Positions 18,253-28,628 are shown, numbered from the stretch's first letter. The stretch: 64,000 nt of DNA from Promethearchaeota archaeon (GCA_030599585.1 JAUVNS010000011.1:32001-96000); one strand, 5' to 3'. Notes: generated from the letters alone by a model not told the origin. Made by a program: numbers and translations.

Positions 18253-18386
18253 GCTTTATACAACTCTTAGCTCTAATTTTAATATTTTATATAATATCGA
18301 ATTTAATGATATTATAAAGTTAATTATATCATTGATTTAAAATTTATTTATTGAGAAATATTTTATAAAAGTAAACAACGATATAT

Positions 18387-19217
18387 ATGAAGAATTCACT
18401 TAAGACTCAAATCGAATCTCATATTGAATTTAGAGCGTGGTATCGTAAGATAGTAAATGATTTTAATTTTGATCTTCAAAAAGATCGAAAGGCAAGAGAT
18501 TTATTATCTCATATTTTAGAAAAGAAACCCTCCTCGTATAACCTTGAGGAGATTTTGCTTTCTTTTAAAGAAAATATCCAAAAAAAAGAATGTATTTGTG
18601 TTTATGGTTGTGGTCCTTCATTAGAAGAATCAGTTGATTTTATATTAAGTAATTTAGGAAAAAGCTTTTTTAGTAACTGTGTGAATTTAGCTGCTGATGG
18701 AGCTGCTAGATTGCTGAATGAGAAAACCATACCGATTGATGGTATTATAACTGATTTAGATGGTATCACTAAAAACGATTTCTCCAAGGCGAAATTTGTG
18801 ATCGTCCATGCACATGGAGACAATAATCATCTTTTAGAGCGTTTTAAAAACGCGATTATTAAATTCACAAAAATAATCGGGACAACTCAAGCAGAATCAA
18901 CTTATAATCTAGTTAATCCCGGTGGGTTTACTGATGGAGACCGGATTTTAACCTTTATAATATCTTTTTTATTACCTCATCAAGAACTATATTTAATTGG
19001 TATGGATTTCAAAGATATTGTGGGAATTTATAGTAAACTAAATCATGAAAAGAATTATTTAGCTGATCCAATTAAGTTTAAAAAGTTACAATATGCATTG
19101 CAGATAATCGAGTGGTTAATACCCAAAATTAAGATACCTTTGTATTTAATTAACACGACACCGATTTCAGATAAATTAAATTATTTGACACTTGAAGCTT
19201 TTAAAGAAAGATTTTAA
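18387..19217 (+). CDS. mptE: 6-hydroxymethyl-7,8-dihydropterin pyrophosphokinase (DUF115)
   Basis: GCGPSL, AADGA, TDLDG, HAHGDN, GTTQ, GGFTDGDR, GMDF. Confidence 0.9.
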   Translation: MKNSLKTQIESHIEFRAWYRKIVNDFNFDLQKDRKARDLLSHILEKKPSSYNLEEILLSFKENIQKKECICVYGCGPSLEESVDFILSNLGKSFFSNCVNLAADGAARLLNEKTIPIDGIITDLDGITKNDFSKAKFVIVHAHGDNNHLLERFKNAIIKFTKIIGTTQAESTYNLVNPGGFTDGDRILTFIISFLLPHQELYLIGMDFKDIVGIYSKLNHEKNYLADPIKFKKLQYALQIIEWLIPKIKIPLYLINTTPISDKLNYLTLEAFKERF

Positions 19218-19221
19218 GAAA

Positions 19222-19998
19222 TTACACTTTAAAATCTTCTATCCCTCGCTTAGTAATAGAATAAACAATTTTTTTCTCAGGAAGCATATGAGAATTTACC
19301 ATATGAATATAAATCATGTCCTTCTCCTTATAGCTTAAATACAATGCTTCTGAGAAAAAATGATTTAAATATTGAATTCCAACGGGAAACTCTTTAACAA
19401 CAGCGTCTTCAATAAAATTTGGAGCTACTTGAGCTGTTAAAATTGTAATTAATTGAAACCTTAGAGTTAAATTGTATATTTTTTCTAAAATTTTAAAGAA
19501 TGTAGTCTTTGCCTTTAAAAATGATATTTCTTTATCACTACGCTCAAATCTGAAAAAATTATTAATAGAGTCGATTATAAGTAGTTTTACATTATTGAAT
19601 TTGACTATAGAATCCAATTCGTTAAGTTTTAATAAAAGAGCATTGTTACTCATGATTTTTGACACATAAATATTCTTTAATGTCTTTTCACTGTTAAATT
19701 TGTTGTATTCTGCTAACTCTCGAACTCTTTCGGGACGGAAGGTGTTTTCTGTATCTAAATAAACAACTTTAATGGAATTTTCAAACGCTTGCACTGATAA
19801 TTGATGACAAATCTGAGTTTTCCCTGTTTTGTTAGCTCCAAAAACTACATACGCTTTACCTGAAAAGAATCCACCCCCAATTGCTTTATTGAAATTATTG
19901 GAACCAGTTGAAATCAAGGTTTTTTCATGTTTTATTCTTTCAATTTCACTAATGATTTTTTTCTTATCGATTATATTAGATTCAAATATTTCTCCCAT
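19222..19998 (-). CDS. RadA/Rad51-family paralog, ATPase core only
   Basis: Walker A GANKTGKTQICHQL, YLDTENTFRPER, Walker B LLIIDS. Confidence 0.88.
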   Translation of the reverse strand: MGEIFESNIIDKKKIISEIERIKHEKTLISTGSNNFNKAIGGGFFSGKAYVVFGANKTGKTQICHQLSVQAFENSIKVVYLDTENTFRPERVRELAEYNKFNSEKTLKNIYVSKIMSNNALLLKLNELDSIVKFNNVKLLIIDSINNFFRFERSDKEISFLKAKTTFFKILEKIYNLTLRFQLITILTAQVAPNFIEDAVVKEFPVGIQYLNHFFSEALYLSYKEKDMIYIHMVNSHMLPEKKIVYSITKRGIEDFKV

Positions 19999-20196
19999 AA
20001 TATTTCAGTCTCTTAACATTCCTACAAATAATTATTTTGAATCAATAAATAAACAATAAAAACTTAATTAGGGAATACTTATTTTTATTGATATTAAATC
20101 GTAAAATTAATTTTTGATTAAATATTGACTATTATTTATATTAATTTTAACATTTGTTTTTATATAATTAGATAATAATTTTTTCATCCTCTAAAA

Positions 20197-20799
20197 ATGG
20201 CAAAAAAAAAGAAAGAAGTATGTCCGTATTGCGGAAATAGTTTTGCGTATCTCAGCCGACATAAGTGCAAAGTAAAGGAGAGAGTTGAAGGCACGGAAGA
20301 AGAAGGAAAATCTGACACTGAACGAAGATTGGAAAGAATAGCAGAAAGAAAAAAAGAAGAGGGGCGTAGTTTAAGAAAGGATGAGCGAATAGTTCTCAAT
20401 ATTATCTCACGAGAAAAGGATATTTATTTTGATGAACTATTAGAGCTAACTAAGAAGGAACGAATCGATCTCGATAAAATTCTAAATACTCTATCACTTC
20501 AATCAAAAATACATGTAGATCGAGAGTTAATGGAGGCCTCGTGGACAAAACACATAATTCTAAGTGAATCGTACGATGTAAAAATTAAAGATTTGAATAT
20601 TGACAGAAATAAACCTGATTTCATTTTGGATGTTTTTTCACGCCAACCATGTTTAATCTGTCCTTTTGCGAGTAAATGTAATAATACTAACCTTGATCAA
20701 TATAATCCAAAACATTGCCCTTGGTTTTCAGATTGGATAAATATTTCTTTAGAAGGGAAGATTTATAATATAAATTTTGAGGTTACTAAAGATAAGTGA
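20197..20799 (+). CDS. TFE-beta / RNA polymerase III C34 (RPC39)-like protein with N-terminal zinc finger
   Basis: CPYC..F...SRHKC; central winged-helix-like region; C-terminal PCLICPFASKC-x12-CPWFSDW FeS motif. Confidence 0.7.
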   Translation: MAKKKKEVCPYCGNSFAYLSRHKCKVKERVEGTEEEGKSDTERRLERIAERKKEEGRSLRKDERIVLNIISREKDIYFDELLELTKKERIDLDKILNTLSLQSKIHVDRELMEASWTKHIILSESYDVKIKDLNIDRNKPDFILDVFSRQPCLICPFASKCNNTNLDQYNPKHCPWFSDWINISLEGKIYNINFEVTKDK

Positions 20800-20803
20800 T
20801 CTG

Positions 20804-21442
20804 CTAATACTTCTTCTTTAAACCAATTAAATAGATTTCGTTACTTTTTTTATTACTGCTTTTAGGCTTTAGACTTCTCACAACCATAAAATGTTGTTTC
20901 ATCTTTTTGTAGAAATTCTCGAAATCAGCTCCTTGAAATACTTTAACTAAGAAATTTCCTTTGATTTTGAGGTTTTCAGTAAGTTCAAGGATGTTGAGGC
21001 ATAGTTTAATTTGCCTAGCTTGATCACTAAATTTATTACCTGATTTGTTAATACTAGCATCAGAAAGAATGAGATCAAGTTTTTCTCCTTCGAAATAATT
21101 ATTAATTTCCACTTGAAACTCGGGAGATGTAAAATCCATTTTAACTATTTTTATATCTTCAATAGGGGATAATCTCTTGAGATCTACTCCCATAATTTTG
21201 TAATGGTGGCGGTGATAATATTTGTCGTTATGTTTTGTTAAATTTAATTCTGCATATTTTTTAGCTACTTGTAACCACGAACCCGGAGTACTACCTAAAT
21301 CTAATATATAAAACGCTCTTTTAAAAATACTGTACCTATTTTGAATGTCCAGTAACTTAAAAGCTGACCTGGCCCTATACCCTTCACGTTTAGCTTTCTT
21401 ATAAGTGGCATCTTTTCTATGTTCTTCTGCATCTTTTGGCAT
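20804..21442 (-). CDS. rlmE: 23S rRNA 2'-O-methyltransferase RlmE/FtsJ
   Basis: AKREGYRARSAFKL, LDLGSTPGSW, ILSDA, KVFQG, SNEIY. Confidence 0.93.
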   Translation of the reverse strand: MPKDAEEHRKDATYKKAKREGYRARSAFKLLDIQNRYSIFKRAFYILDLGSTPGSWLQVAKKYAELNLTKHNDKYYHRHHYKIMGVDLKRLSPIEDIKIVKMDFTSPEFQVEINNYFEGEKLDLILSDASINKSGNKFSDQARQIKLCLNILELTENLKIKGNFLVKVFQGADFENFYKKMKQHFMVVRSLKPKSSNKKSNEIYLIGLKKKY

Positions 21443-21452
21443 GGTCTTTATA

Positions 21453-22682
21453 CTAATTTAATTTTTCATTTTGTTTTAGAACTTTTTTTAATTCGTCAAT
21501 TTTCATGTCCGTTTTAATCGAAATAAAATCGAAGTGAGTCCTTGAGGCTTTATAACCTTTCTCCTCAATTATTTTAATTATATCTTCAAGTTTGGGGATA
21601 GATGAAAGTTTTAATTGCTGAGATATTTTATGAATGTTATAATATGAAATAGGCATATTTATTTCATTAAGTGCGAATTTAAGGACCTTTCTTATTCTAT
21701 TTTTATTCTTAAAATTGAATTTCTCATTTAAAATATCTAGCTCTTCTACATATGATTTTTGATGCAACTCACCGACCCATAAAGGCCCAGAATATGATAA
21801 ATGTTTTTCGCTTAAGCATATTGGGCATTTTTGAGGAACTTTTAAGAGATTCTCAATAATTATTGAACGATCTCCGCAATTATTACAATGAATAATATAT
21901 CCATAACTTTTTGGTAAATCCTTTAATATCTTTGACTTCCCTTTGAAACTCATTGCAAAAATTCTTATGAAATGGTTAGAATAGAATGTTAGAAGTGGTA
22001 TTATGCCTAAATTGTTTATATGAGCAATTCTTGAGATAAAAGATATTAATATTCGCGCCCCAATTTCCTTGCAATAATCTGTGTGAAGCGGTTTACTCAT
22101 ATATTTTCTAATACAAGCCTTTGGTTTAACTCCAAATAACACTGCTGTATCTGTTGCTGTTATACATAACAACCCGTTATCTTTTTTGATCGCTTTAAAG
22201 GCGGAATCAACAAAAAAATTTGGAGTGCCAAATGGATCGATTGAAATAACATCTGGCAAGACAGAATTTCGAGAAATTTCGGAAAATAATAGGTTAGCGT
22301 CTTTATTTAATACTTCCGCTTGTTCTGGATCAATTTTATTAAATTCTAAATTGTTTTTAATTAGCTCAACTGCTATGGGATTTAAGTCATTTAAATATAT
22401 TTTTTCAACATTACTTGTATTTTTTAACAATCTTATTGAACCAATGCCCGAAGCCGCCATTGAATCTACTACTACTAACGGTGTTTGGCTTATGGTTTTA
22501 TTATATGCTATAATAGCTAAGATTGAAATATCCCTGTTTATCTCCATTCTTTCATTATAAAAAACATTCATAGATTTAGAGGGGATAGCATTATTATCTG
22601 TCTCGTGTAAAAAGAATTTCACAGAACCTTCTTGTTTTGTAATGTACTTATTTTTACCAAAATCTTGGTTTTCAGTTTTCAT
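21453..22682 (-). CDS. trm1: tRNA (guanine26-N2)-dimethyltransferase
   Basis: VFYNERMEINRDIS, IDPFGTP, TATDTAVL, GPLWVGELH, SRTHF. Confidence 0.95.
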   Translation of the reverse strand: MKTENQDFGKNKYITKQEGSVKFFLHETDNNAIPSKSMNVFYNERMEINRDISILAIIAYNKTISQTPLVVVDSMAASGIGSIRLLKNTSNVEKIYLNDLNPIAVELIKNNLEFNKIDPEQAEVLNKDANLLFSEISRNSVLPDVISIDPFGTPNFFVDSAFKAIKKDNGLLCITATDTAVLFGVKPKACIRKYMSKPLHTDYCKEIGARILISFISRIAHINNLGIIPLLTFYSNHFIRIFAMSFKGKSKILKDLPKSYGYIIHCNNCGDRSIIIENLLKVPQKCPICLSEKHLSYSGPLWVGELHQKSYVEELDILNEKFNFKNKNRIRKVLKFALNEINMPISYYNIHKISQQLKLSSIPKLEDIIKIIEEKGYKASRTHFDFISIKTDMKIDELKKVLKQNEKLN

Positions 22683-22709
22683 TTTGTCTTCTACTTATTA
22701 ACTAGTTAA

Positions 22710-23705
22710 TTAGGTTGTTGAGAAAAAGAGGGCTACTGGCTTTTCGCTACCTAACAAGCCACCAGAAGTTCTCATATGAATCTCATTAACATTATCTACT
22801 GTCAAAGGTTCAATATGTTCCATTTTTTTAACCTCATCTGTGTTTTCGGGGCTGCCAATAATTAAAAAAATTCCTTTTAACGTTTCTATGATAAAAGCTA
22901 AAGGAAGCCATTCATAATATATGCGTATTTTAGCTTTTGGTGAAGGAAAATATGAATATATTCCACCATAAGTTAATATTGCATGAAGATCCCCAACAAA
23001 ACTTCCACTGTAGCGATTTTTGAAATTTCGATTAATTAACGCTTGTTCGTAAGCCTTACATCTATCAGACCACTTTGTTGAATCTCCTCCAAGGCACCTT
23101 ATACCTCCTTCTACAATATTAGGTAATTTTTTTAATTCTTGATAAATATAATGATAAAAAGTCATACTATATGGGGACGTATCCAGAATGAATTCTGCAA
23201 CTTTACCATTAAGAGCTAAAACAAGGTTAGTATAAATCCCATAAAGAATATAGAAACTACAAATAATAGTTCCCACTTCATTAAATATTCCCACTATCGT
23301 TCCTACGGTTCTATTAACTATAACATTAGATGAACCATCTACGGGATCTATTGTAATACCAAACTTCCCACTACCGAGAACAGGTTCAGCTTCTTCAGAA
23401 GCAACAAATAGAAAATTGACATCGCTTTCTTGGAGCGCTTTTAGGATAATGCTATGAGTTAATATATCCTCGTGAATTTGGTATTCCCCATAAAGATTGA
23501 TAGCTTGCTTTTCAACATTTTTAATTTTCATTCTTTGTTCGATTTCGCGTGAAGTTATTCCCCTTTCTAGCAAACCTCTTATGGGAATCGTTGCTTCAGC
23601 AATTGTTTCAATAATTTCAATTAATTCGTCTCTATCTGAAAACGAATGTGGAATATCATTATCTAACCATTTTGATAATTTTATATTTTCTTTTCTCTCA
23701 CTCAT
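22710..23705 (-). CDS. fbp: Fructose-1,6-bisphosphatase class I-like
   Basis: ASEE, DPVDGSSN, VGTIVGI, RYSGSFVGDLH..L..GG, KIRIYYE. Confidence 0.8.
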   Translation of the reverse strand: MSERKENIKLSKWLDNDIPHSFSDRDELIEIIETIAEATIPIRGLLERGITSREIEQRMKIKNVEKQAINLYGEYQIHEDILTHSIILKALQESDVNFLFVASEEAEPVLGSGKFGITIDPVDGSSNVIVNRTVGTIVGIFNEVGTIICSFYILYGIYTNLVLALNGKVAEFILDTSPYSMTFYHYIYQELKKLPNIVEGGIRCLGGDSTKWSDRCKAYEQALINRNFKNRYSGSFVGDLHAILTYGGIYSYFPSPKAKIRIYYEWLPLAFIIETLKGIFLIIGSPENTDEVKKMEHIEPLTVDNVNEIHMRTSGGLLGSEKPVALFFSTT

Positions 23706-23786
23706 TAAAACAACTCATTTAATATTTCTAAATTTTAATTCTAGAATTAAAATAATGAGCTATAATTGATAATCTTTTATAATTTT

Positions 23787-24479
23787 TTATTCAAAACCAC
23801 ATTTCGTTAACATAGAATTTAGTAGAAATGTATTATCATCATTTCCTCTATGTAAAATAAACCTTCGATTGTTTGCTACATCTGTTCGTTCGATTTTAAT
23901 AGAATTTGTCACCCAATATTGCATTACATTACCACCGCTTTCAACCGCGTAAGTTTGCCCCTCTTGAGTTCTTCTACTGACTTCATTTACAACTAAAATA
24001 CCGACCTCATATTTTTGTTTTAAATTAATCAAAGTAGCTAATAATTGATTTAGTCGATAATTCAGAATAACATTTTTTTCTTTTTTCTCATGATTTAATT
24101 CTAATCGATATAAATCCGTCATAGAATCAATAATTATTAAATGAAATGTCCCACTCTTAGTTTTTAAATCATTTAGAACGGCAAATTCCAAATTAAAAAC
24201 AAAATTGAATATCTCGTCAAAATTCGTGGTATGGATAAATAAAATATTTTCTAAAACATCCTCTAAATTGTTTTCGAATACAGTATTAATTTTTCTAGAT
24301 GGAAAATTTGGTTTTGTATAGATGTAAAGCACTTTTTTTTTATTTAACGCATATAAATTAGCTGTTTGAAGTGATAATGTAGTTTTCCCAACACCAAAGT
24401 CCCCCCATAATGAAGTTATTCCCTCTTTGGTGCCATTAGATTTAAAGAACTCATTTACTTTAGTTAGAGGAAATTGCAT
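23787..24479 (-). CDS. RadB-like RecA-family ATPase
   Basis: GDFGVGKTTLSLQ, LIIIDSMTDLYR, VVNEV, SGGNVMQYW. Confidence 0.82.
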   Translation of the reverse strand: MQFPLTKVNEFFKSNGTKEGITSLWGDFGVGKTTLSLQTANLYALNKKKVLYIYTKPNFPSRKINTVFENNLEDVLENILFIHTTNFDEIFNFVFNLEFAVLNDLKTKSGTFHLIIIDSMTDLYRLELNHEKKEKNVILNYRLNQLLATLINLKQKYEVGILVVNEVSRRTQEGQTYAVESGGNVMQYWVTNSIKIERTDVANNRRFILHRGNDDNTFLLNSMLTKCGFE

Positions 24480-24521
24480 AAATAAAAATTTTTAATTGTT
24501 TCTTTAATTTCTATAATTAAT

Positions 24522-25370
24522 TTGAGAAATCAACCTTTATATATCTTAACAGAGGATTTAAATTTCTTTTATATAATTAAGAGTGAGTTAGATAAGTATA
24601 AAATTTATTTTCAAATCCTAAATTTGGATTCTAAAATTCCCGATATTCCGTCAATCATCCTTACTACTTCCAATGATTTTGAAAAACTTGGAAATAAAAA
24701 TCGTGTTAATTTTCTTGTGTATTCAAAAAATAATGATTTTGGTAAGTATTTCTTACATGTTCTTGCTGCTGTGAGAATTGGATATAAGAAATATTATTCT
24801 ACATTAACTTTTTCTATCGATCCCGGTAAAAAACTAGGTTTAATGGTTTTTTTAGATGATTATTATCTAGATTCATATTGTTGTTTTGAAAATAGTGAAT
24901 TCTTTGCTATTATTCATAAGTATGTAGCCATATTTGATGAAGATAATGCAACTCTGATGAAATTAAACTTCAAATTGGGGCGAGGTGTTCTTGACATCAC
25001 TTATGATTTAGTAAAGCAAATTTACATCATGTTTCAGAATCGGAAGTATATCAGAGTATGTTTAATCGATGAGTTTAAATCGTCGCAATTTAAATTATCA
25101 AAAAATACAATTGGCAAAAAGTTTACAAAAGATGAAATTTCCGCTTTGATATTAGCGTTTAGACTTGGAATCGATGTTAGATTTGATAATTATGACGATA
25201 TTTTTAAACAGTTAAGGATGAAAAAAATATTTATCAGAAAAAATAACACAGAGAAATCTAAAAATCATGACGAACCCTTATTATCATTAGAGGAAATAGT
25301 AGTGAATATTTTGAATGGGAAGTTATCTCTCAGTAATGCTATAGAAATTATATCCGTCAATAATGGATAA
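24522..25370 (+). CDS. Protein with YqgF/RuvX-like RNase H-fold domain
   Basis: SIDPGKKLG, IDEFKSS, DEISALILA follow the order of YqgF motifs. Confidence 0.6.
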   Translation: MRNQPLYILTEDLNFFYIIKSELDKYKIYFQILNLDSKIPDIPSIILTTSNDFEKLGNKNRVNFLVYSKNNDFGKYFLHVLAAVRIGYKKYYSTLTFSIDPGKKLGLMVFLDDYYLDSYCCFENSEFFAIIHKYVAIFDEDNATLMKLNFKLGRGVLDITYDLVKQIYIMFQNRKYIRVCLIDEFKSSQFKLSKNTIGKKFTKDEISALILAFRLGIDVRFDNYDDIFKQLRMKKIFIRKNNTEKSKNHDEPLLSLEEIVVNILNGKLSLSNAIEIISVNNG

Positions 25371-25511
25371 TAAAAAAATATTTATCTTTTTTACAATTTA
25401 ATATTAATAAGACCGATAAAAGCATATTACTTTTTTCACAGAGATGCAAAAATATATTTTCTTGATGAGAATGCATTTTACATTCCTGTCGTTTAGGGGA
25501 TATTTAGAATT

Positions 25512-26609
25512 ATGAAAAGGTTTAGAAGTATTGATATCTTCAGAGGTATTTGCATATTCTATATGACTTTTGGGCACATGGTTAATTGGTGGATTTCTCA
25601 AGGAGATTTCTGGTTGTATGAGATTATTTGGAATTATGGTGCTCCAGTAGGAGGCGGTGGATTTTTATTGGTTTCAGGCATGAGTGCTTCATTATCCTAT
25701 AAGAGGGATCAGCTGAAAGCTCAAAGTTCTCAAGAATTTAATATGAAACGAGCTAGGAATGTTTATATGGTGAGGAGTTTGCTCATCTTCTTAATTTCGT
25801 TACTATGGAATTTCATCGGTACACTTTTCATGGGGCTTTCAGGAGTATGGCTATGGTTTGTAATACAAACAATTTCAATATCTTTGTTAATGGCTTGGCC
25901 GTTTTTAAAAACATCCAGAATTTTTAGATTGTCCATGTGTTTTGTATTTTGGATAGGTAACGAATTTGTTTTCTATTGGTTGGCTCCATACAGTAATTCG
26001 CAAAACATATTAGGATATCTTTTCTATTTTCTTTACAATTCTCCTGATCAAAATGTCATTTTGGGTTATTTTCCTTTTCTTCTTTTAGGAACAGTATTCG
26101 GTGATGTTTTCTCTGAATCCAGCGGCATTGACAATCTAATCGAAAGAAGATTGTTCCTAAAGAAAAAGCTTTTTAGAAATGGTCTATTATGTGGAGTTTT
26201 TCTGATAGCATTTGGATTGGTATACAATTTTCCAGATTTCTCGAATAAATCAACCTTTGCTTCTCATATGTTTATAGTTGGGATTGAACTTATATTGATG
26301 GCACTATTGGTTTATATTAAAGAGATTAGGGTAATTAGTTTCCAAAAAAGGTATAGATTCTTTGAAATTTATTCTTTTTATTCTTTTACTATGTTCCTTG
26401 CACATGAGGCTCTTTTCATCCTATTTCAACCTATTTTTAATTTTATTAACATTTGGTTTGTAATTGTCCCCATTTTAATTGCGTGGACTTCTCTATTTAG
26501 GTTTATCTACAAAAAATGGGATAGAAGCGCTTCACTAAAATTCCTACTTAATAAAATAGCTATCGAATTAGCTGATAGAATTGAAATTGTTAAATTAAGG
26601 AACCAATAA
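25512..26609 (+). CDS. Transmembrane acyltransferase (DUF1624/HGSNAT catalytic domain), paralog 1
   Basis: RFRSIDIFRG...M..GH, FLLVSGMS; many TMs. Confidence 0.85.
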   Translation: MKRFRSIDIFRGICIFYMTFGHMVNWWISQGDFWLYEIIWNYGAPVGGGGFLLVSGMSASLSYKRDQLKAQSSQEFNMKRARNVYMVRSLLIFLISLLWNFIGTLFMGLSGVWLWFVIQTISISLLMAWPFLKTSRIFRLSMCFVFWIGNEFVFYWLAPYSNSQNILGYLFYFLYNSPDQNVILGYFPFLLLGTVFGDVFSESSGIDNLIERRLFLKKKLFRNGLLCGVFLIAFGLVYNFPDFSNKSTFASHMFIVGIELILMALLVYIKEIRVISFQKRYRFFEIYSFYSFTMFLAHEALFILFQPIFNFINIWFVIVPILIAWTSLFRFIYKKWDRSASLKFLLNKIAIELADRIEIVKLRNQ

Positions 26610-26881
26610 CATTATAACTCCTTAATAACTATTACAGATAAATCAGAGTTTAAACAGCTTCCGTGGTTCTAACCTCCGTTTTATTAGAGAATTAGAAAAT
26701 AGTAATAGCTCGTAAAAGTGTAAATCAAACTTTTATATAAAATGTTGAATTTTAATCTTTAAATTTACATTCCTAGGTTTAATTATATATAATTTCAAAC
26801 CAAATTGTCTGAATCTGAAATCGTCGAATATCTTACATTCCTTAAAATCCTTAAATAATAGTTATTAGAATACTGATCATT

Positions 26882-27979
26882 ATGGAGAGACTAAAAAGTA
26901 TTGATATATTTCGCGGATTATGTATGAGCTGGATGTTTCTCGGTCATTTAATAGAATGGTGGATTAATCCAAATTATCTTTGGTTAAGAACAATTACTTT
27001 TTATATCTTTGATCCCATTGGAGCCGGCGGATTCTTATTCATTTCGGGTGTTAGTATTACCTTATCTTACCGTAAGCGATTATCTAAGGTTGAGGAATTT
27101 AAAAACATAAGCTATTCAAGAATAAAGATGTCTTATTTTTTACGAGCGTTTTTTTTGCTGATAATAGCAATGATCTATAATACTGCAATAGCTCTTACAA
27201 TGGGTTGGTTATCATGGATTTGGACATGGTTTGTTCTTATGACTGCTGCTTTTTCACTGTTTATAATGTGGCCATTGTTTAAACTTTCAAAAATAACAAG
27301 AGTTTTAATTGGCGTTATAATTTGGTTTATCAGTCAATATCTTTATGCACTACTCTCTCCATATCAAGATCAACTAAACCTTCAAGGCATATTTTATCAC
27401 ATTTTTTACAACGATTATGGTCAAGATCCTTTATTAATTTTTTTTTCATTCTTTCTTTTTGGAACTGTAATTGGCGATATGATGAATGATATAAATAACA
27501 ACAACAATCCTGAACTTAGGAGAAAACAATTAAAAAAGAAAATGTTGGTTCAAATATGTCTTGTTAGTCTAGGATTAATTACATTTGGTGTATTGTTTAA
27601 CTTTCCATCATTTTTAAGCAGGAACAGTCTTTCTTGGCTATTTTACGCAATAGGTTTCGATTTATTAGTGTTATTGATCTTAATAGTTCTTGAGGAATAT
27701 GGTATATTTAACACAAAGAAAAGTTACCGCGTATTTTTCTATTTCTCGTATTATTCATTTACAGTCTATTTAGGGCATAATTTCTTATATTTCATATTTT
27801 ATGAAATACTAGACTTGGTAACTATTTGGATTGCGGTAATATTAACATTTCTAGTTTTTAGTTTGATTCTTAGACAAGTATATAAAATGTGGGGTTGGAA
27901 AGCGTCGTTAAAGACAATATTAGGGAAATTAAGTTTCGAACTAGCATATAGAATTGAAGAAAAGAAAAGAAGGGATTAA
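26882..27979 (+). CDS. Transmembrane acyltransferase (DUF1624/HGSNAT catalytic domain), paralog 2
   Basis: RLKSIDIFRG...M..GH, FLFISGVS; same length (365 aa) as paralog 1. Confidence 0.85.
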   Translation: MERLKSIDIFRGLCMSWMFLGHLIEWWINPNYLWLRTITFYIFDPIGAGGFLFISGVSITLSYRKRLSKVEEFKNISYSRIKMSYFLRAFFLLIIAMIYNTAIALTMGWLSWIWTWFVLMTAAFSLFIMWPLFKLSKITRVLIGVIIWFISQYLYALLSPYQDQLNLQGIFYHIFYNDYGQDPLLIFFSFFLFGTVIGDMMNDINNNNNPELRRKQLKKKMLVQICLVSLGLITFGVLFNFPSFLSRNSLSWLFYAIGFDLLVLLILIVLEEYGIFNTKKSYRVFFYFSYYSFTVYLGHNFLYFIFYEILDLVTIWIAVILTFLVFSLILRQVYKMWGWKASLKTILGKLSFELAYRIEEKKRRD

Positions 27980-27998
27980 ATTTGGGATTTTATTTTAT

Positions 27999-28508
27999 TC
28001 ATATGTATGTAAGGCTACATCTTAACTCCAACGGTATGCTTCCAGTTTTTTTAACAGGATTTTTAAATGATATATAGTTCTTAAATAGATAGTTTACGGT
28101 TTTTATATATTTGCCTTCTTTTCCAACAGCAACGGCTCTATCTTTATTACTTAATAATAATATATCTATGACATTTCTTTTTTGATTTTCGTTCTTTCGT
28201 AAATTGTGAATATAGATATCGTCAAAAAAGCTGAAAATTAATTTAATTAATATAGTTTCAGCTCTAATGACTAAAATTTTTCTATTTTTGAGAATATGTC
28301 GTAATTTCTTTATATGAGATTTAGCTGTGAAGTAGTCTTCAGGTTTCACAAAAAAGAAAACAAATTTATCTGTGTGTATAACACTAACGGGAAAGATGTT
28401 TGTCTTCTCAAAGAATAGTTGCGTTAATTTTAATTCTGTATTGAAGAACTTCTTTCTAATATTTATAACTTGACTGAAAAAAAAGTTTTCAGCTAAGGAA
28501 GAATACAT
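27999..28508 (-). CDS. Diverged archaeal NusA-like KH-domain protein
   Basis: DRAVAVGKEGKYIK (KH GxxG); layout resembles archaeal NusA with a degenerate first KH. Confidence 0.6.
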   Translation of the reverse strand: MYSSLAENFFFSQVINIRKKFFNTELKLTQLFFEKTNIFPVSVIHTDKFVFFFVKPEDYFTAKSHIKKLRHILKNRKILVIRAETILIKLIFSFFDDIYIHNLRKNENQKRNVIDILLLSNKDRAVAVGKEGKYIKTVNYLFKNYISFKNPVKKTGSIPLELRCSLTYI

Positions 28509-28628
28509 GGATAATTAATTTCTTACTTTAAGAATTTAAATCTCATTATTTTTAAAGAATCAATATTACTAGATTTATAGGCAATCTCATTATTTAGATT
28601 AATGGTTTGATAAACTGAGATTAGAGAA

